64,000 nt of DNA from an uncultured Chitinophagales bacterium (GCA_964638865.1 CAZXBG010000002.1:24427-88426); one strand, 5' to 3'. Numbered from the stretch's first letter, positions 39,347-49,842 are shown. Notes: generated from the sequence alone by a model not told the origin. Numbers and translations: made by a program.

Positions 39347-40702
39347 TTATTCTGAATTGCGAAAAGTATTAAATTCACTTCTTGCCTTGTCGAATTCCTT
39401 AATTATATTTTCCCTTTCAGATATAAGGTTGGATATAAATACGGATTTTTTACTAAAAATATAGATTAGCGACCAGCGTGCTTTTATTTTTTCAATTGCG
39501 TAATAATAACTATATGCAAATAAACCGGAAACCGGCAGGCTTAATGTATATAAAACTGTTAGCCAAGTATCTCCGAAAAAAAACCATAATAGAATAATTT
39601 GTGTTGTATAAAAAATTAAAAAAGTAAAGAGTCCGGCTGACATTGCAATTGCACCAATAAATTCGCGTCGTGATGCCATTTTATTTGCAATAATGTCGGG
39701 TATTTTAAAGGGAAGAAAATTATTTATCCATCCATAGAGGAATATGGGAAATCCGGCTAATATCAGAATAAGGGATTTAATGTGATATAAACCTGATCTT
39801 CGGTTTTGTCCCTGACTTATATCAGCATCCTGCAAGCCAATGGCATTTAAATTCCGGTGATATTGTTTGATGCGCAGTGCCATTTTTTCTGCACGTTCCG
39901 GTTCTTTTTCCATAAAATATGCAACTGCTGAAATTATTTTTTTGGTGAGCAGGAATGAAGAATTTTGATCGTGAGCAGCAATTCCCAATTCTTTGGAAAG
40001 TTTATTTTTATATAAATATTCAATATCGCCGGAAAGCGCATCAATTTTTTCATCACTGATAGCAATGATATGTTTTTCTAATTGAATACGGATCAATTCG
40101 GTGATTTGCTGTACTGTTTTTACCGGATCAGTTTTATAGGCATCCTTAAAATCGACCAGTGAAATTGGCTCAGCGATATTAATAAAAAGATCGCGATTGA
40201 ATTTATGTGGATTTGAATAATTTAAGCCAACAGTTACAATTTGTATATTGAGTGTGAAATTATTTTTTGCTTCTGCGCCCAAGGCAATTCGTGCTGCCCC
40301 GGTTTTAATTTCCCTCAATTTTCTTTCTGTTTTGGTAATGCCTTCCGGAAAAATCAAGATAGCACAACCCTCTTCCAGATATTGATAACAGGCTCTGAAA
40401 GTATCTTCATTTTTACGCATTTCCGAAGGATCATCAGCTTGCCGATATATAGGAATTGTATTAAACTTTGGCAATATCCATTTGGCGAATTTAGATTTGA
40501 ACAGGATACCTTTTCCGAGAAAATATAATTTACGGTCAAACATAGTTGCAATAACTATAGGATCCATAAACGCGCTCGGATGATTTGCAACAATAATGAG
40601 CGGCCCCGACACAGGGATTAATTCTTTATTTCGAATAGTAATATTGCTGAAGAAGACTCTTCCAGTGATCTTAAATAAGAATTTTAGTATTGAATAGAAC
40701 AT
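39347..40702 (-). CDS. Lysophospholipid (1-acyl-sn-glycerol-3-phosphate) acyltransferase with C-terminal membrane extension
   Basis: NHPSAFMDP (HX4D), FPEGIT.. and PIYR motifs of the PlsC family. Additional TM helices at the C-terminus. Confidence 0.8.
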   Translation of the reverse strand: MFYSILKFLFKITGRVFFSNITIRNKELIPVSGPLIIVANHPSAFMDPIVIATMFDRKLYFLGKGILFKSKFAKWILPKFNTIPIYRQADDPSEMRKNEDTFRACYQYLEEGCAILIFPEGITKTERKLREIKTGAARIALGAEAKNNFTLNIQIVTVGLNYSNPHKFNRDLFINIAEPISLVDFKDAYKTDPVKTVQQITELIRIQLEKHIIAISDEKIDALSGDIEYLYKNKLSKELGIAAHDQNSSFLLTKKIISAVAYFMEKEPERAEKMALRIKQYHRNLNAIGLQDADISQGQNRRSGLYHIKSLILILAGFPIFLYGWINNFLPFKIPDIIANKMASRREFIGAIAMSAGLFTFLIFYTTQIILLWFFFGDTWLTVLYTLSLPVSGLFAYSYYYAIEKIKARWSLIYIFSKKSVFISNLISERENIIKEFDKARSEFNTFRNSE

Positions 40703-40885
40703 AATGTGAGGCTAATTTACTGGATTTCAGTAAATATCCTTAAATTTTACTACAATTTTAATCGTATTTATAGTTTAACGATTTGAATTTGGGATTGAAA
40801 TATTAAAGTGATTGCTTAAATTTGTTTTTTAGAAGTCAATATTTTATTTTAAATAGGATAATCATTTAAAATTAAAAATAATTCA

Positions 40886-41911
40886 ATGGCAGATAATCTT
40901 TTCTTTCGATATATAAACAGCTACCCTTCCGATTCGGAAACCATTTGGAGTGTAGAATTGCAAGGGGTGACACATAATGAAGATCATTGGTTTATTAGTC
41001 AAAAATCTCGATTATGGAAAATTCCGGTTGGTGTAGATTTGAACGATGTTACAGATGATATTAGCAGAGGAATTTTCAACATTCCTATACCACCTGAACT
41101 TGCGGTGGATTACGACCACATGGGCGATCTTGATTTTTATAACGGTTATCTTTTTGTGGGATTAGAAAATTCAGGCGATAGTCGTACTGCAAGTATTGCA
41201 TGTTTTGATGCGGAAACTTTAAATTTTATTGGCAGCGACAAAGTTCCGGAACAGGATGGACATGCTTCTTGGTGCGCTGTGAATGCAAAGGATGGATTTT
41301 TATATAGTTCTGCATATAACAACGTTACTAAATTATTTGCCTATGAATTTACGATTGGAATCAATTGTTTTGTTTTGTCGCTTTGCAAAACCGTAACATT
41401 GCACAAAGAAAATGAAGAACAATTTATTTTATCGGGGATACAAGGGGGAGTATTTGTTACCGAAAATGAGGAAACACATTTGTTTTTAACTTCGAATGAT
41501 TATGTTACAAGAGGAGTGCAGGTTTTTAGATGGGCAGATGCACGAAGAATCCAAAAAATTTTTATTGACCAAGAATATTTCACTTTTGGTGAAGAAATTG
41601 AAGGATTAACTTACTGGGATCTTAGTAGTGGTATTGCTCCGGGAATAAAAGGTCAATTGCATATTTTTGAACTTGATAACGATTCGGACAATGTGGATGA
41701 TTTAAAAGATTTTTATCATTATGCTTTTTACCGCTCTGAATATATTGCAAATATAAATCCGGCATCAAGAGAAGTGCATCACTGGGAATGTAAATGGATA
41801 GACCTAATGACTCCTGAGCATAAGGTTGCTTGCAACTCTTTAGAACAAGCGATAGCGGATGGGTATGACGGCTGTCACTATTGTATTGGTGGGGTATTGG
41901 ATAAGCGGTAG
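40886..41911 (+). CDS. Hypothetical cytoplasmic protein with C-terminal Ada-like Cys/His metal-binding motif
   Basis: No signal peptide. Five blade-like segments (HWFISQ, YLFVGLE, GFLYSS, THLFLTSND, GQLHIFELDND). The tail HHWECKWIDLMTPEHKVACNSLEQAIADGYDGCHYC resembles the ..F.S.eeA...GY.pC..C end of Ada-type Zn domains. Confidence 0.45.
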   Translation: MADNLFFRYINSYPSDSETIWSVELQGVTHNEDHWFISQKSRLWKIPVGVDLNDVTDDISRGIFNIPIPPELAVDYDHMGDLDFYNGYLFVGLENSGDSRTASIACFDAETLNFIGSDKVPEQDGHASWCAVNAKDGFLYSSAYNNVTKLFAYEFTIGINCFVLSLCKTVTLHKENEEQFILSGIQGGVFVTENEETHLFLTSNDYVTRGVQVFRWADARRIQKIFIDQEYFTFGEEIEGLTYWDLSSGIAPGIKGQLHIFELDNDSDNVDDLKDFYHYAFYRSEYIANINPASREVHHWECKWIDLMTPEHKVACNSLEQAIADGYDGCHYCIGGVLDKR

Positions 41912-41941
41912 GTATAAGTTTATATTAATTACCCAATCGAT

Positions 41942-42301
41942 TTATTTCGCCTTACAACAACCATCCAACTTTACATAACTGGCAGGATCTGCTTTAACAT
42001 GGTCGGCATCATATCCTGAAGCTGCTATTGCCGCACGAATTTTATCGGGGTCGGTTTTTGAAGTTTTATAAGAAACAGTGATCGTATTTGCTTCCGGACT
42101 CACATCGATGGATTTAACTCCGGGAATAGTAAGTGTTGAATTGTAAATATTAGCCCCGCAACTTTCACATTGCATACAATGGTCGCAGGCGATGGATGTT
42201 TTAACTACAATAGTTTCTTTTTTGGCTTTCTGGGCAAAGGATATAGTAACCGTAAATGTTAAAATAATGGATACAAATAGATTTTTCATTGGTTTTGTCA
42301 T
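41942..42301 (-). CDS. Secreted heavy-metal-associated (HMA) domain protein
   Basis: Signal peptide, ferredoxin-like HMA layout with an unusual CDHCMQCESC four-Cys motif and a C-terminal GCCKAK. Confidence 0.75.
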   Translation of the reverse strand: MTKPMKNLFVSIILTFTVTISFAQKAKKETIVVKTSIACDHCMQCESCGANIYNSTLTIPGVKSIDVSPEANTITVSYKTSKTDPDKIRAAIAASGYDADHVKADPASYVKLDGCCKAK

Positions 42302-42386
42302 TTTTTTTCAAAGTTAATGATTTTGCATGAAATTGGCAATTTTCAGGCTACTCAAATAATTTGAATTATGTTTCATCTAATTCATG

Positions 42387-42700
42387 TTAGTTTTCTATCT
42401 CAAAGTATAAAGTGATTAAATCATAAAATACAATGCTCATTTCATTGTGTAATACTTTTACAGTTACCACTTTTGTGTTAAGTTTAAGTGATACACTACT
42501 TTCACCATCAGTTTTCTTTAATGATTTTTCGATGGTTGCTCTACAAGTTCCACAAACTGCCGAGGTTTTAATTTCAACCGCTTACGCAGTTGCGCTTGGT
42601 TATGCTTTCCTCGGAATAATTCCGATAAAAAAAATGCGGCTACTAGCATAATTGTATGAATTGTTCTAATATTATTTGGTTGTTTTTTTCTTATTTTCAT
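42387..42700 (-). pseudogene. Second HMA-domain gene, disrupted
   Basis: The ATG at 42700 gives MKIRKKQPNNIRTIHTIMLVAAFF. The frame is lost in the T8 run (42627-42634 as A8 on +). The continuing frame reads IGIIPRKA*PSATA*AVEIKTSAVCGTCRATIEKSLKKTDGESSVSLKLNTKVVTVK.., with in-frame TAA at 42600-42602 and 42582-42584. Confidence 0.6.
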
Positions 42701-43693
42701 TATCAATAAAAAACCTGTATGATAATCCCAAAGTGATATTAATGTCAGAAGCGACCTGCCCCCGTTTACTTTTTGAAATACCGGTAATTCATACATGGTA
42801 TAAGCGGTAAGTTTATGAAAAAACGTGTAGCTTATCTGGGGCACTATAAAAATTTTACTGCTTCCGAACGAATTTACATCATAATTTGCAACAGGAAGGC
42901 CTTCAGCCCGTTCCAGATTCCCAATGTATTCATATTTTCCTGAAATTATTAAGCCTAAATTTTCTCCGATAGTTTAACTGTTAAATAAACTCACCGTTGC
43001 ATAGTTTCCGAATTTTTCACCGTTAGGATTCCATCCCTTTAAAATATATTGAAATAAAGTGAAGATTTTAAACTTTTGAACAGGAAATCCCCTTAAAATA
43101 AATCCATAAAAAATAAAATCGTTAGAACCGGTTGTAGGTTGAATACCGGGTGGTTTTTTTTGATATAATGTTGTTGTTTCATTCTGAAATAAAATGAGTG
43201 AATCGTTATAGCTCCCAACGGGTATTTTTAAACCTAAACCTACGGTAATTTCCCAAACACTTTTTTCTGTCGTTTTATTCCATACATCATATTTGGGAAA
43301 AACTATGAGGTCGCCAATTCCGCTACCAGTAATTGTATCGATATAATCTGCGCCATATTGGGTTTTATTGTAATAATATCCGCATGCCAGTGAGAGGGTA
43401 AGGTGTTTAGTGATTCCGTAACTAAACCGGGAGAAAAGGTAGTTGGAGTTATAACTTTGCAACAGCTGAGGTATAGCGGGATCAACGCCTAAAAATTTAT
43501 CTGAAAACGTATATTGGTGATTAACATTAAATTCTGTCTGGCCCTTCAGCAAAACACCCTGTGACACACCGTCGGCAATAGGACTTCCACCACCACCCGT
43601 GCAACATCCCTGCCCGAATGAATAATTAAAGAAAAATAAACAAACGCATGCAAATAATAAAACTTTCAAGCGATTCCTGATCTCTGATTTCAT
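42672..43693 (-). pseudogene. Outer-membrane beta-barrel gene, disrupted
   Basis: Signal peptide plus a QGCCTGGGG N-terminus. In-frame TAA at 42974-42976 (..VSLFNS*TIGENLGLIISGKYEY..). Frameshift in the G5 run (42759-42763). After the shift the gene ends QVASDINITLGLSYRFF.., a typical barrel terminus. Confidence 0.65.
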
Positions 43694-43729
43694 TTGTTTA
43701 TAGTTTGAGCTTCCAATAATTTTTATGAA

Positions 43730-44511
43730 TTAATGGTTCACTGTAAGGTTCATGGTTTTTTGGAATGCCCCGCAGCTCATCTCCACTATATAAATTCCAT
43801 TAACCAATGCTTGTGTATTTAATTCATATTTATTTTTCCCTAATGATTGATTTTCAATTTTAACGGTTTTAATTTTTTGACCCGTCAGGTTTATAATACT
43901 AATTGTAACAGTGGAAATTGTATTTAGCGTATAGTTTATTGTTGAAGATGATGATGCAGGATTGGGGTAAATATTTGTTAATCCGATCGGTGCAATGTTT
44001 TGTACAGATGTTTCTGTGCCCAATGTAGCATTGATTGCATCTCGCACGTCCTGGTTATCCAAAGTATTGTTATAGCCGAGCTTATTGTAATAAACATGAT
44101 GATCATTACCACCAAGTACTACAATTGTTGGCATTCCCATTCCGCCGTAATAGTTAAATTCGTCATAACCATCAAGAAAGGTCAGGCACGACAATCCACT
44201 TGCCCAGCTTATTATTGAAGCGCAAGTAAAAGAGGCGTTCCAGTCAATGAGGAAAAATTTTAATTTGCCGGGGTCCGAAGCAGCATAGTCGAGGTTGATC
44301 TCGTCCATATAATATGCGGCTGAGATGCAGGTGCCGCAATTCATAGCGTATTCGCAAATGATCACACTACCATTATCCAGCTCAGAAAACAGGTTATATG
44401 AATAACCACTAACGCATTCATCCTTTGTTCAGTCCAAAGCCTCAGTTACCTGTGCAGAGCCGCTGCAATAAACCGCAAAACTGAGGAGGGTGAGAAATGT
44501 AAATTTTTTCA
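43730..44511 (-). pseudogene. Thioredoxin-fold (CGTC) T9SS cargo gene, disrupted
   Basis: The ATG at 44511 gives the signal peptide MKKFTFLTLLSFAVYCS, which is out of frame with the body (shift near 44455-44462). In-frame TGA at 44429-44431. The body has NCGTC, GMPTIVVLG and an IYPNPASSSSTI CTD. Confidence 0.65.
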
Positions 44512-44905
44512 TATAGCGTTATTTTAAATGATTTCTTTACAGATGTAAATATAAGGTGAGTTCAACTGATAAGGACAATTTTTAGAAACAAAGAAAATAG
44601 CTTTTGAGGGCTTTTTTCTTTAACCAAGTAGCGTAATCATTGGATTGTCTGCGTCTAAAAACTATAAACAACTCAGTTCAGTACAAAGGTATCAAATTGC
44701 TTAAAAGAATGTAATTACAATGCACTATTCGCTCACTTCCCCTCAGGGGTGATTTTGTTGATTGACACATGCAGATTGTTTAAAGAAAGATCAATGGAAT
44801 TATTAGCCCCGCGGAGTATCTCCTTATGTTAGGGCTCTGTAGAGATATAAAAAGAAGGCCGCTCCACTTAAGAACAGCCTCTTTTTATATAATTTAACTT
44901 AAATA

Positions 44906-46813
44906 TTATTGTACTACTATTGACTTTGAATAATTAACCGAACTTCCCGCAACGGTCAGAAAATAAGTTCCGGCAAATATATTGTTATTAAAAACTAATT
45001 CAATTTCTCCACTTGCATCATTCCTTATTTTTTCCTGTTGAATGATTCGGCCGGTAATATCAGTAATTGTTACAACAAAACTTTCATCATCTGCAGCGGC
45101 AGGAAGTATTATTGTTAAATTATCATGCGCAGGATTTGGAAATACTTCAATTTCATTTTCACTGATCGAATTTCCGTCTAATAGTCGCATTACTATTTTA
45201 TTCGTTGATTGGATGGTGCAGGCTCCTCTGGTGATCAAACAATAATAAGTGCCCGGAACAATAAAGGTGTATGAATGTGAAGTTGCTCCTAGAATTATGC
45301 CGGTGGAAACTTCATACCATTGAAATGTATCACCAGGTGTATTGGGCACACTCACTTTATTTCCCAAGGCATTCAATTTTGTTTTTATCGTTATATCACA
45401 ATCCTGAATTGCAGCGAGATAAAAAGCATAGGGATCAGAGATTAATGTATCAGTTTCAAAAGTAAGCAGTCCATTAAATTGACCGCAAATCGCAATCTGC
45501 TCATTAATAACACCAATACCTCTTACCATTGTCAAGCCAGTACCTTCAATTGTATTCATCCATCTTACATCTCCATTTTTATTCAACTTGATTAAAAAAC
45601 CCTTGCTGGAATATACAGGCAACGCGCCTGTTGTAATTATTGAACCATTCAATTTGAGTGTGTCAGCAAATCCACCCCCAATATAGCAGTTTCCCTTATT
45701 ATCCGTTGCAATGGCAGCTTCATCATCGGTGGCCGAAATAAGATATGCACCCCCTGTTGTGCTAATTTGGTTAATCCATTTGTACACTCCGGCAGTTGAA
45801 ATTTTGGCAACAAACATATTTATATTATCTGTATGTTCGAGCAGGGTATTATCAAACCAGGTTGAATCAGAAGAAAAATCTCCATAAGCATATACATTAT
45901 TTGCTGCATCGGTTGTAATCCCTTTAACATCCTCAAACCCTGACCCTGAAATTGCTTTTCCCCAAATGCTCACAAAATTTTGATTCATTTTCCAGACAAA
46001 TCCATCGGGGATCGCAAAAGTAGGATTAAGAAGATAGGGAAACACAGTATCAATTTCCGACATTGAAAAAAGTCCCGAGTTACCGGCTACAATAACATTG
46101 CCTGCATTATCGCAAACAATGCGGATAATTCCGGTAAGGTACGATGGGATGTAATTTCTTGCAGTGATAATATGTCCGTCAAGCGCACTCATTCTTGTGA
46201 ATAAATAGCAAATTCCATCATAATATTCGCCAGTTTTGAAAGTAATTCCTGTAATATGATAAAATATATTATAAATGCTGTTTCCATCGGGTGAGATCGC
46301 TATAGAAGTACTCCATGCGCCGCCATATTCATTGTAAGTTGTATTTGTCCATTGCACATTTCCATTGGTGTCAAACTTTGTTATATAACCACGTGCAAGA
46401 TAATAGAGTTGCAGATCAGAATTTTGCATTACACCATCAATGATAAGACTGTCATAAAATTTTCCGGTTACAAAACAATCGCCTGTTGCCTTGTTTACTT
46501 TCAGGCTGTAAAGCTCATTGTAATATCCCTGCATTATTTTTACCCACTGCACATTTCCATCCGCATCGTGTTTAGTCAGAAAAGAGCTGGGATAACCAAT
46601 ATAAGAATTGTCATTATAAGTTACTCCATCAATTACAATAGATTGATAGAAATAACCCCCGGTGTATTTATTCCCCAAATTATCTACATCAACTGATAGC
46701 GCATCATCGGGAAGATCATTAGCTGATGAAGAAATTGCCCAGTCCGTAGCTTGCGCAAATACATTTATTTGCAGGCAAAGGAATGTAATAATTAAAATTG
46801 TACATTTTTTCAT
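44906..46813 (-). CDS. T9SS cargo: beta-propeller-repeat protein
   Basis: Start at MKKCTILIITFLC (ATG at 46813). Repeated ..GN(V/C)Y(I/V)(G/A)G.. blades. VFPNPAHDNLTI CTD. Confidence 0.8.
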   Translation of the reverse strand: MKKCTILIITFLCLQINVFAQATDWAISSSANDLPDDALSVDVDNLGNKYTGGYFYQSIVIDGVTYNDNSYIGYPSSFLTKHDADGNVQWVKIMQGYYNELYSLKVNKATGDCFVTGKFYDSLIIDGVMQNSDLQLYYLARGYITKFDTNGNVQWTNTTYNEYGGAWSTSIAISPDGNSIYNIFYHITGITFKTGEYYDGICYLFTRMSALDGHIITARNYIPSYLTGIIRIVCDNAGNVIVAGNSGLFSMSEIDTVFPYLLNPTFAIPDGFVWKMNQNFVSIWGKAISGSGFEDVKGITTDAANNVYAYGDFSSDSTWFDNTLLEHTDNINMFVAKISTAGVYKWINQISTTGGAYLISATDDEAAIATDNKGNCYIGGGFADTLKLNGSIITTGALPVYSSKGFLIKLNKNGDVRWMNTIEGTGLTMVRGIGVINEQIAICGQFNGLLTFETDTLISDPYAFYLAAIQDCDITIKTKLNALGNKVSVPNTPGDTFQWYEVSTGIILGATSHSYTFIVPGTYYCLITRGACTIQSTNKIVMRLLDGNSISENEIEVFPNPAHDNLTIILPAAADDESFVVTITDITGRIIQQEKIRNDASGEIELVFNNNIFAGTYFLTVAGSSVNYSKSIVVQ

Positions 46814-46945
46814 GATAAGTAGTTTTAGATTAAATAAATTGATTGATAGAACAAAACTACTGCTGCATATTTGGCCGTCTGTTACCCTTTGGGGTGATTT
46901 GGATGGGTGTAATCCGGAATAATAAAAACCATGTAGTACCAATAC

Positions 46946-47572
46946 CTACATCAACAATTGCCTGATTCGGGCAATTGTAGTGCTTCTTGAATTGCTTTCC
47001 AGTTTGAGATACATGTGATTGATATGTTTTTTAACCGTATTTAAGGAAATATAAAGTTCATCTGCTATTCTTTGATTAGTTTTTCCATTATAAATCAATT
47101 GAAGTAAGTCAATTTCTCTTTCAGAAAGGGGAATAGTTAATTTTTTATTAATCAGTGCTGTGTTTAATTCAGGAAATTGCATTTTCATTTTTTGGGCATG
47201 ATTGTATAATGCAACTTCAATTGTTGTAAAAAGGCTGGGTTCTGAAAATGGTTTTACAAGATAGCCTGAAGGTTCAGTGTGCTTAGCTTTATCTAATGTG
47301 TTTTTATCGGAATAAGAAGTCAAAAAGATAAATGGTAATTTATAATTATTTTTAATTATTTCTGCAATTTCAATTCCATGAATTTCACCATTTAAATTAA
47401 TATCTAATATGGCGAAATCTGGCGTATTATTTTTTAAACTTAGTAATGCATCTTCTTTTGAATATGCAATATCAGAAACGCTATATTCATTTTTTTCAAG
47501 TGCAGATTCAATGTCTGCTGCAATGATTGGTTCATCTTCTACAATTAAAATGTTTATTTCTGTTGTATTCAT
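46946..47572 (-). CDS. Response regulator, REC + LuxR/FixJ-type HTH
   Basis: ILIVEDEP, AILDINL, LTSY, KPF. C-terminal LSEREIDLLQLIYNGKTNQRIADELYISLNTVKKH. Confidence 0.9.
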   Translation of the reverse strand: MNTTEINILIVEDEPIIAADIESALEKNEYSVSDIAYSKEDALLSLKNNTPDFAILDINLNGEIHGIEIAEIIKNNYKLPFIFLTSYSDKNTLDKAKHTEPSGYLVKPFSEPSLFTTIEVALYNHAQKMKMQFPELNTALINKKLTIPLSEREIDLLQLIYNGKTNQRIADELYISLNTVKKHINHMYLKLESNSRSTTIARIRQLLM

Positions 47573-49515
47573 TATTTCAGTTGATTTTTTATTTCAATTG
47601 ATATTTTAGTTCCATCATTATTTTTAATTTTCATTTCCCCTTTTAATTTTTTTATAAATGCATTGATCATTTTATGTCCGAACGAATTCTGATTAAAGTG
47701 TGATGCATCTCCTTCAAACCCAACTCCATTATCGTTCACAGATAATTTAAGTAGAGATCCTTCTTGTTTCAAAATTACTTCTATTATACCTGCGTTATTT
47801 CCCGGAAATGCATATTTTAAGCAGTTGTTAATCAATTCATTTAACACCAATCCTAATGGAACTAAGGTATCAACATCTAATTGAATGTTATCGATATCCA
47901 TTTTCACTTGAATTTTGTCCTCTTTAATGTTATACGAATTAAACAGGTAGGATGTAAGATTCTCAATATATGTTTTAACGCTTATGTTTACCAGGTTTTC
48001 ATCCATATATAAATTTTGATGAATGATGGCCATACTTTGCACCCTGTTTTTACTTTCCTTTACTGCATCCAATGCTTTTTCATCGCTGATATAATTGGAT
48101 TGTAAACTTAATAAACTGGAAACTATTTGAAGATTGTTTTTTACCCGATGGTGAATTTCCCTTAATAACAATTCTTTTTCGCTCAATGAAGTTTCTATTA
48201 TTTTATTTTGTGCATTCAACAATTCTTTTTTTCTGCGGTTATTAGTAAATGCCTTATACGCAACTAAAGTTAATCCTAAAAAAAGGATTGTTGAAAGTAT
48301 AAAGTAATTGCGTATTTTTTTGCTTGCTTTAAGTTGTGTAAAACTAATAAGATTAGTAAGGCTTAACTGTTGAATTTCTTTTTCTTTTTCGCTTGTTTCA
48401 TACACTGCAGAGAGCTCATTTATCTGGCGACTGTTTTCTTCGTTATACAATGTATCATACGCATTTTTCGAAAGGATAAGAAACTCGAATGCAGACTTGT
48501 AATCGCCTTTCCGCTCATAGGTTTTTGAAAGTATTTTAGAAAATATCGCCTCCTTCTCTAGTGAATGTATTGCTTTAGCCTCATTCAAGGCAGTTGAAAA
48601 ATATTCAATTGCAAGTTCAATGTTATTTTCATTTAAAGCGATATTGCCTAAAGCTTCGTTGATTGTAGGATTAACTACAGAATAATTTATTGCTTTCGCT
48701 TCCCTCTGTACTTCCAGTAATATTTTTTTTGCGGCGTCGGCTTGTTTCAAGGCCACTAACGCAGAACCAATGTTTGCCTTGCTGTTAAGAATATCCTTTT
48801 TTTTATCCAATTTTTCGGCAATTATTAAGGCTTTGCTCGCATAAACATAAGCACTATCGTAGTTTTCGGCATGTACGTACGAGCTTCCGATATTCATGAG
48901 TGTATTAAGAATTCCTTGTTGATCATTTAATTCTTTTTTAATTTCCAATGATACAGTATAATATTTAATTGCATTCGCATAATCCTTTCTTGAGCGGTAA
49001 ACCAGTCCGATATTATTGTATGATCTCGAAACAGGCATTTTATCTCCCACTAGTTGCCGCAATTCTAATCCTTTGAAATAATTGCGCAAGGCCAATTCAT
49101 AATTTCCGGTATGATAATAAGCCATCCCAATATCAGAAATGGCATTAGATTGTTTATCAATTGCATTTATAGACTCAAAAATATTCTTCGCCTGATTAAG
49201 AAAAAATAAACAGGAGTCGAGCATATTTTTGTAATCGTAGGAAACCCCTTTTTGGTGCAGGGCTTTTCCCTCCCGCATTTTATCCTTTGCTTGGAAAGCT
49301 GCTGCGTAAGATATATCTGCATATTTTATTGCCATTTCAGGGTCATCCTCCTGAAAAGCAATACATAATTTCCATGCAAGATCTGCTTTGAGGGTGTCCG
49401 ATTTCGTACTGTTGAGCAATTGAATCAAAGAATCATTTGTAACATTTTGACTATGCAGAAACAGGTTTAATAAAATACAAACAGCCGTTAAAGATAATTT
49501 CATATGGTTTACCAT
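47572..49515 (-). CDS. TPR-repeat sensor histidine kinase (HisKA_2 type)
   Basis: Signal peptide, about 8 TPR-like repeats, one TM, H-box EIHHRVKNNLQIVSSLLSLQ, HATPase_c. 1-nt overlap with the regulator gene. Confidence 0.85.
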   Translation of the reverse strand: MVNHMKLSLTAVCILLNLFLHSQNVTNDSLIQLLNSTKSDTLKADLAWKLCIAFQEDDPEMAIKYADISYAAAFQAKDKMREGKALHQKGVSYDYKNMLDSCLFFLNQAKNIFESINAIDKQSNAISDIGMAYYHTGNYELALRNYFKGLELRQLVGDKMPVSRSYNNIGLVYRSRKDYANAIKYYTVSLEIKKELNDQQGILNTLMNIGSSYVHAENYDSAYVYASKALIIAEKLDKKKDILNSKANIGSALVALKQADAAKKILLEVQREAKAINYSVVNPTINEALGNIALNENNIELAIEYFSTALNEAKAIHSLEKEAIFSKILSKTYERKGDYKSAFEFLILSKNAYDTLYNEENSRQINELSAVYETSEKEKEIQQLSLTNLISFTQLKASKKIRNYFILSTILFLGLTLVAYKAFTNNRRKKELLNAQNKIIETSLSEKELLLREIHHRVKNNLQIVSSLLSLQSNYISDEKALDAVKESKNRVQSMAIIHQNLYMDENLVNISVKTYIENLTSYLFNSYNIKEDKIQVKMDIDNIQLDVDTLVPLGLVLNELINNCLKYAFPGNNAGIIEVILKQEGSLLKLSVNDNGVGFEGDASHFNQNSFGHKMINAFIKKLKGEMKIKNNDGTKISIEIKNQLK

Positions 49516-49842
49516 TTGAGTTAGAAATCATGCCAAAGCGTTGTATTAATGGTATTTTAGTTTGTTTTAACCCCTATTACCGTTATTACCCCGGCTGTGT
49601 GCATATTTTCAATAGGTAAGATTAGGACAATTTTGGGAGAATATGCAGTGTTTACATCAAAAAGGGAGAGAAGACGCGGAAACTAATTTCCTAAAGCTTT
49701 TGACATCCCTTAAATCAAAAGAAAGTTTGATGTGCAGTAAAACCAAAAATTTGGTTCGACCCACAGGGACACGCCCAAATAGACATGCTTTAATGTTTCA
49801 AAAACTGCTTAAACATTGCTAATTTCGCAACAAATATTAATT

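Noticed and set aside
42433-42844. Track ORFs 42433..42651 (+) and 42518..42844 (-) considered as genes.
   Set aside because: They are frame artefacts over the disrupted OMP and HMA pseudogenes. The minus-strand ORF simply joins the shifted tail of the barrel gene to the out-of-frame head of the HMA gene.
44429-44431. The in-frame TGA in the thioredoxin-fold gene considered as selenocysteine.
   Set aside because: The TGA is about 30 codons away from the CGTC redox motif. The only nearby stems (ATGAAT/ATTCAT, GGTTAT/ATAACC) are short, AT-rich and not placed like a bacterial SECIS. The gene also has a frameshift, and its two neighbours carry TAA stops, so decay or sequence error explains it better.
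42582-44431. Alternative genetic code (TGA or TAA as sense codons) to explain the in-frame stops.
   Set aside because: TGA and TAA clearly terminate well-conserved genes elsewhere in the window. Examples are TGA at 8116-8118 and 63484-63486, and TAA at 26825-26827 and 52531-52533.
49740-49775. A GGTTCGA T-loop-like string (49753-49759) considered as a tRNA.
   Set aside because: The flanks cannot form acceptor, D or anticodon stems, and the surrounding sequence is AT-rich non-structured DNA.
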